Positions 34,652 through 41,606 of a DNA stretch of 41,606 nucleotides are shown here, in pieces. This DNA comes from Chloroflexota bacterium. GTDB lineage: Bacteria; Chloroflexota; Dehalococcoidia; UBA2979. The translations under genes and the position numbers were made by a program. Location of the stretch: the NCBI GenBank assembly GCA_009840965.1, contig VXMT01000019.1, forward strand, positions 1-41,606, in the 5' to 3' direction. The notes beneath the pieces are model-generated. The model searched no databases. It had not been told where the DNA came from and saw only the letters and a program-made list of their open reading frames with translations. Each line of letters begins with the position of its first letter. The stretch's first letter is position 1.

Positions 34652-36211
34652 ATGCGCGCGATCCTGAGCGCCTACGACAAGACGGGAATCACCGAACTGG
34701 CCCAGGGCCTGCACGGCCTCGGCTGGGAGCTGTTCTCGACCGGCCGCACGCAGGCCGCGATCGCCGAGGCGGGCGTGCCTGTCGAGAGCATCGCCACGAT
34801 GACCGGCAGTCCCGAGATGCTCGAGGGGCGGGTGAAGACGCTGCACCCGAAGGTGCACGGCGGCCTGCTCGCGCGGCGCGACCGCGAGGACGATGCGGCC
34901 GAGCTGGCGAAGCACGGCATCGAGCCGATCGATCTCGTGGCGGTGAACCTCTATCCGTTCATCGAGACGGTCAGCGGCACGGACGTGAGCCTCGCCGAGG
35001 CGCTCGAGGAGATCGACATCGGCGGCCCGACGATGATCCGCGCGGCCGCGAAGAATCACCCCTGGGTGATCCCGGTCGTCGACCCCTCGGACTACGTGAT
35101 GATCCTCGAGGCGTTGCGCGCGGGCGGGCTCGACGCCGGGGCGCGGCGCGCGCTGGCGGCGAAGGCGTTCGCGCACGTCTCGCACTACGACGCCGCGATC
35201 GCCGAGTACCTGCGCGGCGAGGACGACCTGCTGCCGGAGCAGTTGACGGCGGGCCTCACGCGCGTCGACGAGCTGCGCTACGGCGAGAACCCGCACCAGC
35301 GCGGCGCCTTCTACACGCTCGACTCCGTGCGCACGCCCGTCGAGGGCATCGGCGGCTTCGAGCAGCACCACGGCAAGGGGCTCTCCTACGTCAACCTGCT
35401 CGACGCCGATGCGGCCTACAACCTGGTGGCGGAGTGCCCGCAGCCGGCGGTGGCGATCATCAAGCACACCAACCCGTGCTGCTTCGCCGCCGGCGACGAG
35501 CCGATCGCGGCCCTCTACGAGCGCGCGCTCGGTCTCGGCGACGCGATCTCCGCGTACGGTGGCATCGTCGCCAGCAACCGCCCGATCGACTTCGCGTACG
35601 CGAGCGCGCTGCGCGAGGTGCTGAGCCCGATCACCGGCGGGCGCATGTTCTTCGAGATCGTGATCGCACCCGGCGCCGAGCCGGACGGCCTCGACCACCT
35701 CAAGAAGAAGTCGCGCGACCTGCGCATCCTGACCGTCCCCGAGGGCGACCCGCGCCGCCCCCGCCTCGAGTTCCGCTCGCTGCGCGGCGGGATGCTGGTC
35801 CAGCAATCCGACCTCTCCGAGGAGCTGGACTTCGAGGTGGTGAGCGAGCGCGCGCCGAGCGAGGCCGAGCTGGCCGACCTGCGGCTCGCCTGGCTCGTTG
35901 GCAAGCACGTCAAGTCCAACGCGATCACGCTCGTCAGGGACGGCGTGCTGGTCGGGATGGGCGCCGGTCAGCCGAACCGCGTCGAGAGCGCACGGCTTGC
36001 CGTGAACGGCGCGGGCGAGCACGCCGCGGGCGCGGCGCTCGCCTCGGACGCGTTCTTCCCGTTCCCCGACTCGCTCGAGGTTGCGGGCGAGGCGGGCGTG
36101 ACGGCGGCGGCGCACCCCGGCGGCTCGATCCGCGACGAGGACTCGGTCGCCGCGGCGAACGCGCTGGGCATGGCCCTCGTCACCACGGGGGCGCGCCACT
36201 TCCGCCACTAG
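34652..36211 (+). CDS. purH: Bifunctional AICAR transformylase / IMP cyclohydrolase
   Basis: MRAILSAYDKTGI, GRVKTLHPKVHGG, DIGGPTMIRAAAKN and IKHTNPC are present, and the C-terminus is RHFRH. Confidence 0.95.
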   Translation: MRAILSAYDKTGITELAQGLHGLGWELFSTGRTQAAIAEAGVPVESIATMTGSPEMLEGRVKTLHPKVHGGLLARRDREDDAAELAKHGIEPIDLVAVNLYPFIETVSGTDVSLAEALEEIDIGGPTMIRAAAKNHPWVIPVVDPSDYVMILEALRAGGLDAGARRALAAKAFAHVSHYDAAIAEYLRGEDDLLPEQLTAGLTRVDELRYGENPHQRGAFYTLDSVRTPVEGIGGFEQHHGKGLSYVNLLDADAAYNLVAECPQPAVAIIKHTNPCCFAAGDEPIAALYERALGLGDAISAYGGIVASNRPIDFAYASALREVLSPITGGRMFFEIVIAPGAEPDGLDHLKKKSRDLRILTVPEGDPRRPRLEFRSLRGGMLVQQSDLSEELDFEVVSERAPSEAELADLRLAWLVGKHVKSNAITLVRDGVLVGMGAGQPNRVESARLAVNGAGEHAAGAALASDAFFPFPDSLEVAGEAGVTAAAHPGGSIRDEDSVAAANALGMALVTTGARHFRH

Positions 36212-36221
36212 GCCGTTCCGA

Positions 36222-36279
36222 CCCCCTCTCCCCTCGCGGGCGAGGGCGGGGGTGAGGGGGCGCCGCGCGTCAGCGCGGC
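36222..36279 (+). terminator. Tandem GC-rich hairpins downstream of purH (a REP-like element plus a 7-bp hairpin)
   Basis: CCCCCTC..CCCTCG-CGGG-CGAGGG..GAGGGGG is a bipartite hairpin at 36222-36260. GCCGCGC-GTCA-GCGCGGC lies at 36262-36279. There is no U tract. Confidence 0.45.
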
Positions 36280-36334
36280 CAGCGAGGACTCTGGTTGCCC
36301 CGAACGCGTCATAACCCGCTACGATTGACGCACG

Positions 36335-37087
36335 ATGGCGAACGTCGACCTCGTGCTGCCGGTCTACAACGAGGAGCTGATCCTCGCGCGGAGCGTCGCG
36401 CGCGTGCTCGAGTGGACCGAGGAGCACCCGGAGCACGAGTGGCGGATCGTCGTGGCCGACAACGCCTCGACGGACCGCACCTTCCAGATCGCGCGCGAGC
36501 TGGAGGCGGAGCACGGCGACGGGGACGGCGGCCGCTTCGTCGCGCTGCACATCCCGGTCAAGGGCCGCGGCATCGCGCTGCGCGTGAGCTGGCTGACCTC
36601 CTCGGCCGACGTGCTCGCCTACATGGACGTCGATCTCTCGACGGACCTCAAGCACATCCCGGCGCTCGTGGACCCGATCGCGGCGGGTCATGTGGACATC
36701 AGCTACGGGACGCGGCTGCATCGCGACTCGGAGACGGAGCGCTCCTTCCGCCGCGAGGTCACCTCGCGGACCTACGTGCAGCTCCTGCGGCGGCTGGGGC
36801 GGCTCAACGTCACCGATGCGCAGTGCGGCTTCAAGGCGATCGGCCGCGGGCCGGGGCGCGCCCTGCTCCCGCTGGTGCGCGACACCGGCTGGTTCTTCGA
36901 CTCGGAGCTGCTGCTGCTGGCGCAGGAGAACGGCTACCGCCTGCGCGAGGTGCCCGTGCGCTGGATCGAGGATCGCGACAGCCGGGTGAAGATCCTGCAC
37001 ACGGCGTTCGAGGACCTCAAGGGGCTGTGGCGGCTGCGCATCGGCGGGGTGCCGCGCGTGCCCCAGGGCGGCGGCGACGCCGGATAG
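36335..37087 (+). CDS. Family 2 glycosyltransferase (polyprenol-phosphate sugar transferase-like)
   Basis: VLPVYNEE, VVADNASTDRT and YMDVDLS (DxD) are present. 250 aa with no TM tail. Confidence 0.8.
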   Translation: MANVDLVLPVYNEELILARSVARVLEWTEEHPEHEWRIVVADNASTDRTFQIARELEAEHGDGDGGRFVALHIPVKGRGIALRVSWLTSSADVLAYMDVDLSTDLKHIPALVDPIAAGHVDISYGTRLHRDSETERSFRREVTSRTYVQLLRRLGRLNVTDAQCGFKAIGRGPGRALLPLVRDTGWFFDSELLLLAQENGYRLREVPVRWIEDRDSRVKILHTAFEDLKGLWRLRIGGVPRVPQGGGDAG

Positions 37088-37154
37088 GGGGCGCGAGCGG
37101 GGCCTGCGCGAGCGCGATCCGGCGTGTACCGGGCCGCTTCGGGGGCTCGAATCC

Positions 37155-37184
37155 TTGACCGTAGGAAAGGGGCGTCGCTAGGAT
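37155..37184 (+). promoter_or_regulatory. Possible promoter of the cytochrome bc operon: TTGACC-18 nt-TAGGAT
   Basis: TTGACC at 37155-37160 and TAGGAT at 37179-37184, about 75 nt upstream of the mini-ORF at 37260. Confidence 0.35.
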
Positions 37185-37259
37185 CGCGGCGCCTGGGAGC
37201 GGGGGCGTGACCCCGCTGCGGCGGCTGCTTGCCTCGGGCAGCGTGAGAAGGGCTCCCAC

Positions 37260-37367
37260 ATGATCTTCGGCGAAGTCGGAGAGGCGCTCGAACTCACCAT
37301 CATCTTCATCTTGATGATGGGGGCATTCGCCACGCTCGTGCTGCTCGGCAAGTGGTGGGAAGCCTAG
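37260..37367 (+). CDS. Candidate 35-aa single-TM mini-protein upstream of cytochrome b (not in the ORF track)
   Basis: It reads MIFGEVGEALELTIIFILMMGAFATLVLLGKWWEA. A purine-rich GAGAAGGG lies 8-9 nt upstream. 30 of 35 codons end in G/C. Confidence 0.4.
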   Translation: MIFGEVGEALELTIIFILMMGAFATLVLLGKWWEA

Positions 37368-37451
37368 AGGCGAGGGCGCGGCGCGGTCCGGCTGCGGCCG
37401 GGGAGCGTGCGTCAACCATCGGCTCGCGTGTGAGCTGATCGGGGGGAGCGG

Positions 37452-38207
37452 ATGGCGACGACGGAGCGCCCGCAGGGCCGACCCCTTGCTGATCGGCTGT
37501 ACGACTTCACCGTCAACAATCGTGTCTGGCGTTCGCTCATCCGCACCGGGTACCCCAACACCCCGCGCAACCAGATGCTCGCCGTCGCGACGAACGTCTT
37601 CCTGCACCTGCACCCGACGCGCATCCACCGCACGCACGTCAAGATCACGCACACCTACTGCCTCGGCGGACTCTCCTTCTTCCTCTTCCTCGGGCTGACG
37701 ATTACCGGCGTGCTGCTGATGTTCTATTACGTGCCCTCGGTGGAGCGGGCCTACGCGGACATGCAGGCGCTGCAGACGGACGTGCGCTTCGGGATGCTGA
37801 TGCGCAACACGCACCGCTGGATGGCGCACGGCATGGTGATCACCGTGCTGATGCACATGATGCGCGTCTTCTACACCGGCGCGTACAAGCCGCCTCGCGA
37901 GTTCAACTGGATCGTCGGCGTCGTGCTGCTCGTGCTCACGCTGCTGCTCTCCTTCACCGGCTACCTGCTGCCGTGGGACGAGTTGGCCTTCTGGGCGATC
38001 ACCGTCGGCACGAACATGATCGGCTCCGACCCGGTCCTCGGCGAGGTCAACCAGTTCGTCATGATCGGCGGCTTCGAGGTCGGCCAGAACGCGCTGATCC
38101 GCTTCTACACCCTCCACGTGGTAGGACTGCCGCTGATTGCGGCGATCTTCATGGCCGTGCACTTCTGGCGAATCCGCCGTGACGGCGGGCTCGCCCGGCC
38201 GCTGTAG
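37452..38207 (+). CDS. Cytochrome b6-like subunit (N-terminal four-helix half of cytochrome b)
   Basis: [23 protein letters not shown], the haem His pairs in [12 protein letters not shown]...LMHMMRVF and HVVGLPL...AVHFW, and the PWD of LLPWDE are present. Confidence 0.85.
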   Translation: MATTERPQGRPLADRLYDFTVNNRVWRSLIRTGYPNTPRNQMLAVATNVFLHLHPTRIHRTHVKITHTYCLGGLSFFLFLGLTITGVLLMFYYVPSVERAYADMQALQTDVRFGMLMRNTHRWMAHGMVITVLMHMMRVFYTGAYKPPREFNWIVGVVLLVLTLLLSFTGYLLPWDELAFWAITVGTNMIGSDPVLGEVNQFVMIGGFEVGQNALIRFYTLHVVGLPLIAAIFMAVHFWRIRRDGGLARPL

Positions 38208-38246
38208 GCGCCGGGCGCAGACGCGCGGAGAGGCGAAGGAACGCCG

Positions 38247-39182
38247 ATGGTCGCCGACGCTCCCGCTCGCGGTCCCTCGAGGTCGCGCGGCGCCGTACCC
38301 AGCGGGCGCCCGCGCCGCCAGCGCGAGGAAGAGCTGCTCGTCTGGCCGGACCTCGTCTTCGTCGAGTTCATCTCGGCGCTGGTCTTCACGCTCACGTTCG
38401 TGGCGCTGGCGATCCTGATCAACGCGCCGCTGCAGGATCGCGCGAACCCGGCCAACACGCCCAACCCCTCGAAGGCTCCGTGGTACTTCCTCAACCTGCA
38501 GGAGCTGCTGCTGCACATGCACCCGGCGCTTGCCGGCGTGGTCGTACCCACCGTCTTCCTGATCATCCTCGCCGCCGTGCCCTTCTGGGACACCTCGAAC
38601 GACGGTCAGGGTCAGTGGCTCAGCACCCCGCGCGCCTGGCCGAACGTGATCGTCGGCTTCATCGTCGGCACCGTCGGCACCTGGGCGCTGATCATCTACA
38701 ACTCCGGCAAGCACATCGTCGTCTACGAGCGTCTCACGTTCGATGCCGACAGCTTCGACAATTTCCCGCCGCTGATCGTCGACGAGCGGCTGCGCGAGTG
38801 GCCGGAGAGCCTGAACTGGCTGACCAGCGTGCGCGCGCTGCAGACGCAGGTCGCCTGGCCGAGCGAGCTGGAGACGATCCCGCTTGGCGAGACGTTCGTG
38901 CGCACGGACCTGCTGGGCCTGCCGCGCGGGTCGATCCAGTGGAACTTCCCGGCCTGGATCGTCGAGCAAGCGATCCCGGTCAACCTGATGGTGGGCCTGC
39001 CGATCCTGCTCTGCCTCGTCGCCTGGCGCATCGGTCTTGCGCAGACGCGGCGCGACTACATGATCCTGCTCTTCTCCGGTTGGCTGGGCGCCTACCTGGT
39101 GCTCACGATCGTGGGCACGTACTTCCGCGGCGAGGGCCTCGAGCTGCTCTGGCCGTGGGAGGTCCGGCCGGCCGAGTCCTAG
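38247..39182 (+). CDS. Cytochrome b C-terminal half / subunit-IV-like protein, extended
   Basis: PNPSKAPWYFLNLQELL is the PEWY-type motif. It has several TM helices. At 311 aa it is longer than PetD. The exact start is uncertain. Confidence 0.75.
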   Translation: MVADAPARGPSRSRGAVPSGRPRRQREEELLVWPDLVFVEFISALVFTLTFVALAILINAPLQDRANPANTPNPSKAPWYFLNLQELLLHMHPALAGVVVPTVFLIILAAVPFWDTSNDGQGQWLSTPRAWPNVIVGFIVGTVGTWALIIYNSGKHIVVYERLTFDADSFDNFPPLIVDERLREWPESLNWLTSVRALQTQVAWPSELETIPLGETFVRTDLLGLPRGSIQWNFPAWIVEQAIPVNLMVGLPILLCLVAWRIGLAQTRRDYMILLFSGWLGAYLVLTIVGTYFRGEGLELLWPWEVRPAES

Positions 39183-39204
39183 CCGGGCGCGCAAGGAGCG
39201 AGCT

Positions 39205-39885
39205 GTGACGAACGAGGAACGTGGAGGGGCTGCGGTGCAGGACGCCCCCGATCCCGGACAGGTGACGGACGCCTGGCGCGAGGCGATCGCCGCGCGCCGC
39301 ACCCGCGCGCCCGAGGACGCACCGGTCCCCGGCGCGCAGGCGCGCCGCCCCACCGGCCCGATCACCTCGCGGCGTAACTTCATCCGCGCCTCCTTCTGGG
39401 GCGGGCTGGGGCTGGCGCTGCTCGGCCTCGTCGGCTCGCTGCTGGACTTCATGTACCCGCGCGGCATCAAGGGCTTCGGCGGCCCGGTGCCGGCGGGCAA
39501 CATCGCCGAGTTCCCGCCGGGCGGCGACCCGGTGCACTTCATCACGGGGCAGTTCTGGCTCGTGAACCTCGATCCCAGCGAGACGCGCCCCGGCGGCAGT
39601 GGAGGCGGCGAGGGGCTGCTGGCGCTGTGGCACCGCTGCCCGCACCTCGGCTGCACCGTGCCCTGGCGCTCGGGCTTCACCTACAGCAACGACCAGGGCT
39701 GGTACCGCTGCCCCTGCCACGGCTCCACCTACACGAAGGCCGGGATTCGCGTATTCGGCCCGGCCGCGCGCTCGATGACCACGATGAAGGTGGATGTCGA
39801 CGCCGCCGGCAACATCACCGTGCAGACCGGCGACCGCCTCGACGGCGGTCCCGACAACCCACAGCGCGCGGGCCAGACCGGCTGA
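39205..39885 (+). CDS. Rieske [2Fe-2S] subunit with a Tat-type signal anchor
   Basis: AAGGAG RBS and GTG start. SRRNFIRASFWGGLGLALLG is the signal anchor. The cluster boxes are CPHLGCTV and CPCHGSTY. Confidence 0.9.
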   Translation: MTNEERGGAAVQDAPDPGQVTDAWREAIAARRTRAPEDAPVPGAQARRPTGPITSRRNFIRASFWGGLGLALLGLVGSLLDFMYPRGIKGFGGPVPAGNIAEFPPGGDPVHFITGQFWLVNLDPSETRPGGSGGGEGLLALWHRCPHLGCTVPWRSGFTYSNDQGWYRCPCHGSTYTKAGIRVFGPAARSMTTMKVDVDAAGNITVQTGDRLDGGPDNPQRAGQTG

Positions 39886-39925
39886 TGCGGCAGGCCGGCG
39901 GACTCTCTCGGGGAACTGAGGCGAG

Positions 39926-41104
39926 ATGAACACCAGCAAACAGGTCAACGTGATGATCGGGCTGTTGTTCGTGACGTTCGTCGTCACCGTCGGCTACCTG
40001 TTCAACGAGGCCAACCGCCAGGAGGTCGAGTCCGCCGAGATCAACGAGCGCAACGCCCATCGCGGCGCGCGCCTCTTCGTGCAGAACTGCCGCAACTGCC
40101 ACGGCCTCGACGGCTCCGGCAAGGACGCCAACGGCGTCGGCACCATCGGCGTCGCGCTCAACGCGCCGCACTTCCTGATCCTCGGCGAGGACAACGTCTA
40201 CAACGCGGCTGGTACCTCCGAGAGCGAGGCCGAGGCGATCCGCACCTACCTGAACGAGACGATCGCCTGCGGTCGCGTCAACACCTACATGCCGAAGTGG
40301 GACATCCGCTTTGGCGGCTCACTCTCGCCCACCCAGGTGGAACAGCTCGTCACGCTGATCGTGGGCGACCCCACGGGCAAGCACGACTTCTGGGACCTCG
40401 TCCTTGAGGAGGGCGAGCACGCCGATGAGGAGCAGTTCGGCGCGGTGCTCGAGGAGCGCTTTGCCCTCGCCGCGCTGCTCGGCGAGTACTACGGGCGCGC
40501 GGCGAGCGAGGACGAGATCGCCGCCTACAAGGCGATCCTGACCCCCGAGCAGCTCGTGGCCATCGTCGACGAGTACGGCCGCCACCCGACCGCCGCGGAG
40601 ATCTACGCGGAGAGCGAGCGCCAGACGCTCACCCGCGACGCGGCGACGATCACGATCACCACGGACAACTGCGGCCAGTTCGCCAACACGACCAAGCTCG
40701 ACGCGCGGACCCGCGCGGACCCACGCACGGTGAGCGCGGCGCCCGGCGCTCCCTCCGCCGACGGCGATGGAGCGGCGGCCCCTGCGGAGACGCCGACCGG
40801 TCCGTCGGTGGACCGGGGTACTGTGCTCGTCGAGGCGCTCGGCTGCCTCGCCTGCCACACGCTCGACGGCACCGAGCTGGTCGGCCCGACCTGGCTGGGC
40901 GTGTACGGCCGCACGGAGCAACTCGAGGGCGGCGACAGCGTCATCGTCGACGACACGTACATCCGCGAGTCGATCCGGATGCCGCAGGCGAAGATCGTGC
41001 TCGGGTTCGCGGAAGTCGCGGCCATGCCGGTCTTCGGCGAGGACGTCCTGAGCGACATCGACCTCGAGTCGATCATCCTCTACCTGCAGACACTCACCCA
41101 GTAG
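39926..41104 (+). CDS. Membrane-anchored dihaem c-type cytochrome
   Basis: An N-terminal TM helix is followed by CRNCHG (aa 55-59) and CLACHT (aa 307-311). Candidate Met ligands are YMPKW and AAMPVF. About 150 aa between the two domains carry no haem motif. Confidence 0.8.
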   Translation: MNTSKQVNVMIGLLFVTFVVTVGYLFNEANRQEVESAEINERNAHRGARLFVQNCRNCHGLDGSGKDANGVGTIGVALNAPHFLILGEDNVYNAAGTSESEAEAIRTYLNETIACGRVNTYMPKWDIRFGGSLSPTQVEQLVTLIVGDPTGKHDFWDLVLEEGEHADEEQFGAVLEERFALAALLGEYYGRAASEDEIAAYKAILTPEQLVAIVDEYGRHPTAAEIYAESERQTLTRDAATITITTDNCGQFANTTKLDARTRADPRTVSAAPGAPSADGDGAAAPAETPTGPSVDRGTVLVEALGCLACHTLDGTELVGPTWLGVYGRTEQLEGGDSVIVDDTYIRESIRMPQAKIVLGFAEVAAMPVFGEDVLSDIDLESIILYLQTLTQ

Positions 41105-41148
41105 GAGCGGCCCGGCCCCGCGCGAGGAGCGCGACGGCGGCAGGGCGA

Positions 41149-41194
41149 ACGAGACGGACTGGCGGGCCGACCCGCCGAAGGGGGAAGAGATGGC
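41149..41194 (+). repeat. Copy B of the roughly 45-nt hairpin plus purine-rich SD motif
   Basis: ACGAGAC..GGCGGG-CCGA-CCCGCC-GAAGGGGGAAG..ATGGC. Compare 26471-26516. Confidence 0.6.
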
Positions 41195-41309
41195 AGAAGT
41201 CGAGACGGGGAAGCGCTACCGCTGCGTTGCGTGCGGCGCGGAGTTCATCGTCACGCGCGGCGGCGAGGGCACCCTTCGCTGCGGCGACAACGAGCTCGAG
41301 CAGATCTAG
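41190..41309 (+). CDS. Desulforedoxin-like mini-protein, 39 aa (not in the ORF track)
   Basis: It reads MAEVETGKRYRCVACGAEFIVTRGGEGTLRCGDNELEQI. It has a CxxCG knuckle plus a third Cys. A strong purine-rich SD lies upstream. Confidence 0.5.
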   Translation: MAEVETGKRYRCVACGAEFIVTRGGEGTLRCGDNELEQI

Positions 41310-41318
41310 GAGCGTCCG

Positions 41319-41462
41319 ATGGCTGTCGCACTTGGTAAGCGCTACAAGGACGAGAACTCCGAGATCGAGGTGCTCTGCATCAAGCCCGGCGAATGCAACC
41401 TCAACGTCGACGGGCGCGGCATGGAGGAACTGCAGCCGAAGGTGCTGCCCTCCGCCGACTAG
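41319..41462 (+). CDS. Paralogous mini-protein, 47 aa, with the Cys ligands largely replaced (not in the ORF track)
   Basis: It reads MAVALGKRYKDENSEIEVLCIKPGECNLNVDGRGMEELQPKVLPSAD. It shares GKRY and the spacing of the upstream ORF. An AGGAG lies 6 nt before the ATG. Confidence 0.45.
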   Translation: MAVALGKRYKDENSEIEVLCIKPGECNLNVDGRGMEELQPKVLPSAD

Positions 41463-41489
41463 CAGCGTCCGGTCCCGCATCCACCACGC

Positions 41490-41514
41490 AAGCCGGGAGC
41501 CCCGCTCCCGGCTT
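41490..41514 (+). terminator. Stem-loop after the mini-ORFs
   Basis: A perfect 10-bp stem AAGCCGGGAG / CTCCCGGCTT with a 5-nt loop. Only TT follows, so there is no U tract. Confidence 0.4.
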
Positions 41515-41541
41515 CCGCGCGTCCGCTAGCCGCATGCTCCC

Positions 41542-41606
41542 GTGACGCCCTCGCCCGATCCGCTGCTGATCGAGGCGCGCCTGCTCCCGATGGCGCGCCC
41601 CGGCGT
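41542..41606 (+). CDS. Possible 5' end of a further gene, running off the window
   Basis: GTG then TPSPDPLLIEARLLPMARPG, with almost all third positions G/C. It is too short to identify. Confidence 0.3.
   Translation, partial: MTPSPDPLLIEARLLPMARPG

Noticed and set aside
34382-37000. Very long minus-strand ORF of 872 aa. Similar giants lie at 37017-39680 (-), 17691-19625 (-), 8983-10584 (-), 12002-13573 (-), 2167-3702 (-) and 776-2362 (+).
   Set aside because: - Their translations are monotonous Arg/Ala/Gly/Pro/Asp strings with no motifs.
- They lie antisense or out of frame to genes with unmistakable signatures (purH, cytochrome b, thrC-like, ychF, murT, obg, coaBC).
- Stop codons are rare in all frames at this G+C content, so their length is not evidence of coding.
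37128-37160. tRNA-like T-arm fragment GGGGGCTCGAATCC. This could be a tRNA gene or an integration-site remnant.
   Set aside because: - The 3' side (CCTTGACC) cannot pair with GGGGG to close a T stem.
- No acceptor, D or anticodon arms can be drawn.
- It is more simply read as the -35 region of the bc-operon promoter.

Overview
This is a 41.6 kb, very GC-rich (about 70% or more) bacterial chromosomal segment. It is densely packed and mostly coded on the + strand. I saw no rRNA, tRNA, CRISPR array, transposase or integrase. The long Arg/Ala/Pro-rich ORFs antisense or out of frame to recognisable genes are high-GC artefacts.

Recognisable content, in order:
- CoA and NAD genes plus a GTPase: coaX (5' truncated), coaBC, obg, nadD.
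- A minus-strand gyrB operon: gyrB, an unknown ORF, and a SAM methyltransferase.
- trmO, a DUF983 protein, ychF, and two XdhC-family genes.
- A cell-envelope block: tatA, murT, gatD, an M23 peptidase, lgt and a glutaredoxin-like gene.
- A lower-GC islet with a lipoprotein and an N-terminally extended Mug-family glycosylase.
- A roughly 10 kb sulfur-carrier-protein supercluster (18.1-28.2 kb), followed by folP-folK.
- A minus-strand Trm112 / small membrane protein / Tyr-phosphatase operon.
- purF, purM, purH and a GT2 glycosyltransferase.
- A split-cytochrome-b bc-type complex (b6-like, subunit-IV-like, Rieske, dihaem c), followed by two tandem desulforedoxin-like mini-ORFs.

The most interesting region is the sulfur cluster:
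- A ThrC-like PLP enzyme with a Zn ribbon is followed by a free-standing NIL domain and a 91-aa GG-terminated CysO/MoaD-like carrier. This is a candidate thiocarboxylate-dependent homocysteine route.
- Two enolase-superfamily paralogues separate it from the rest.
- An Rrf2-cysK unit follows.
- Next comes a second 91-aa carrier module fused in frame to a MoeB/ThiF E1.
- Then come a third free 91-aa carrier (cysO), cysM, a rhodanese, an unknown protein ending RLGG+12 aa, and a JAMM (Mec-like) protease.

Other observations:
- The thrC-like frame has no stop until it has read through the whole NIL gene.
- A 23-bp palindrome overlaps the Rrf2 promoter.
- A roughly 45-nt hairpin plus purine-rich SD motif occurs twice, 14.7 kb apart.
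- A 34-nt promoter-like direct repeat flanks the low-GC islet.
- A low-GC insertion domain lies inside gyrB.

All functional calls rest on motif recognition by eye. No database search was run.
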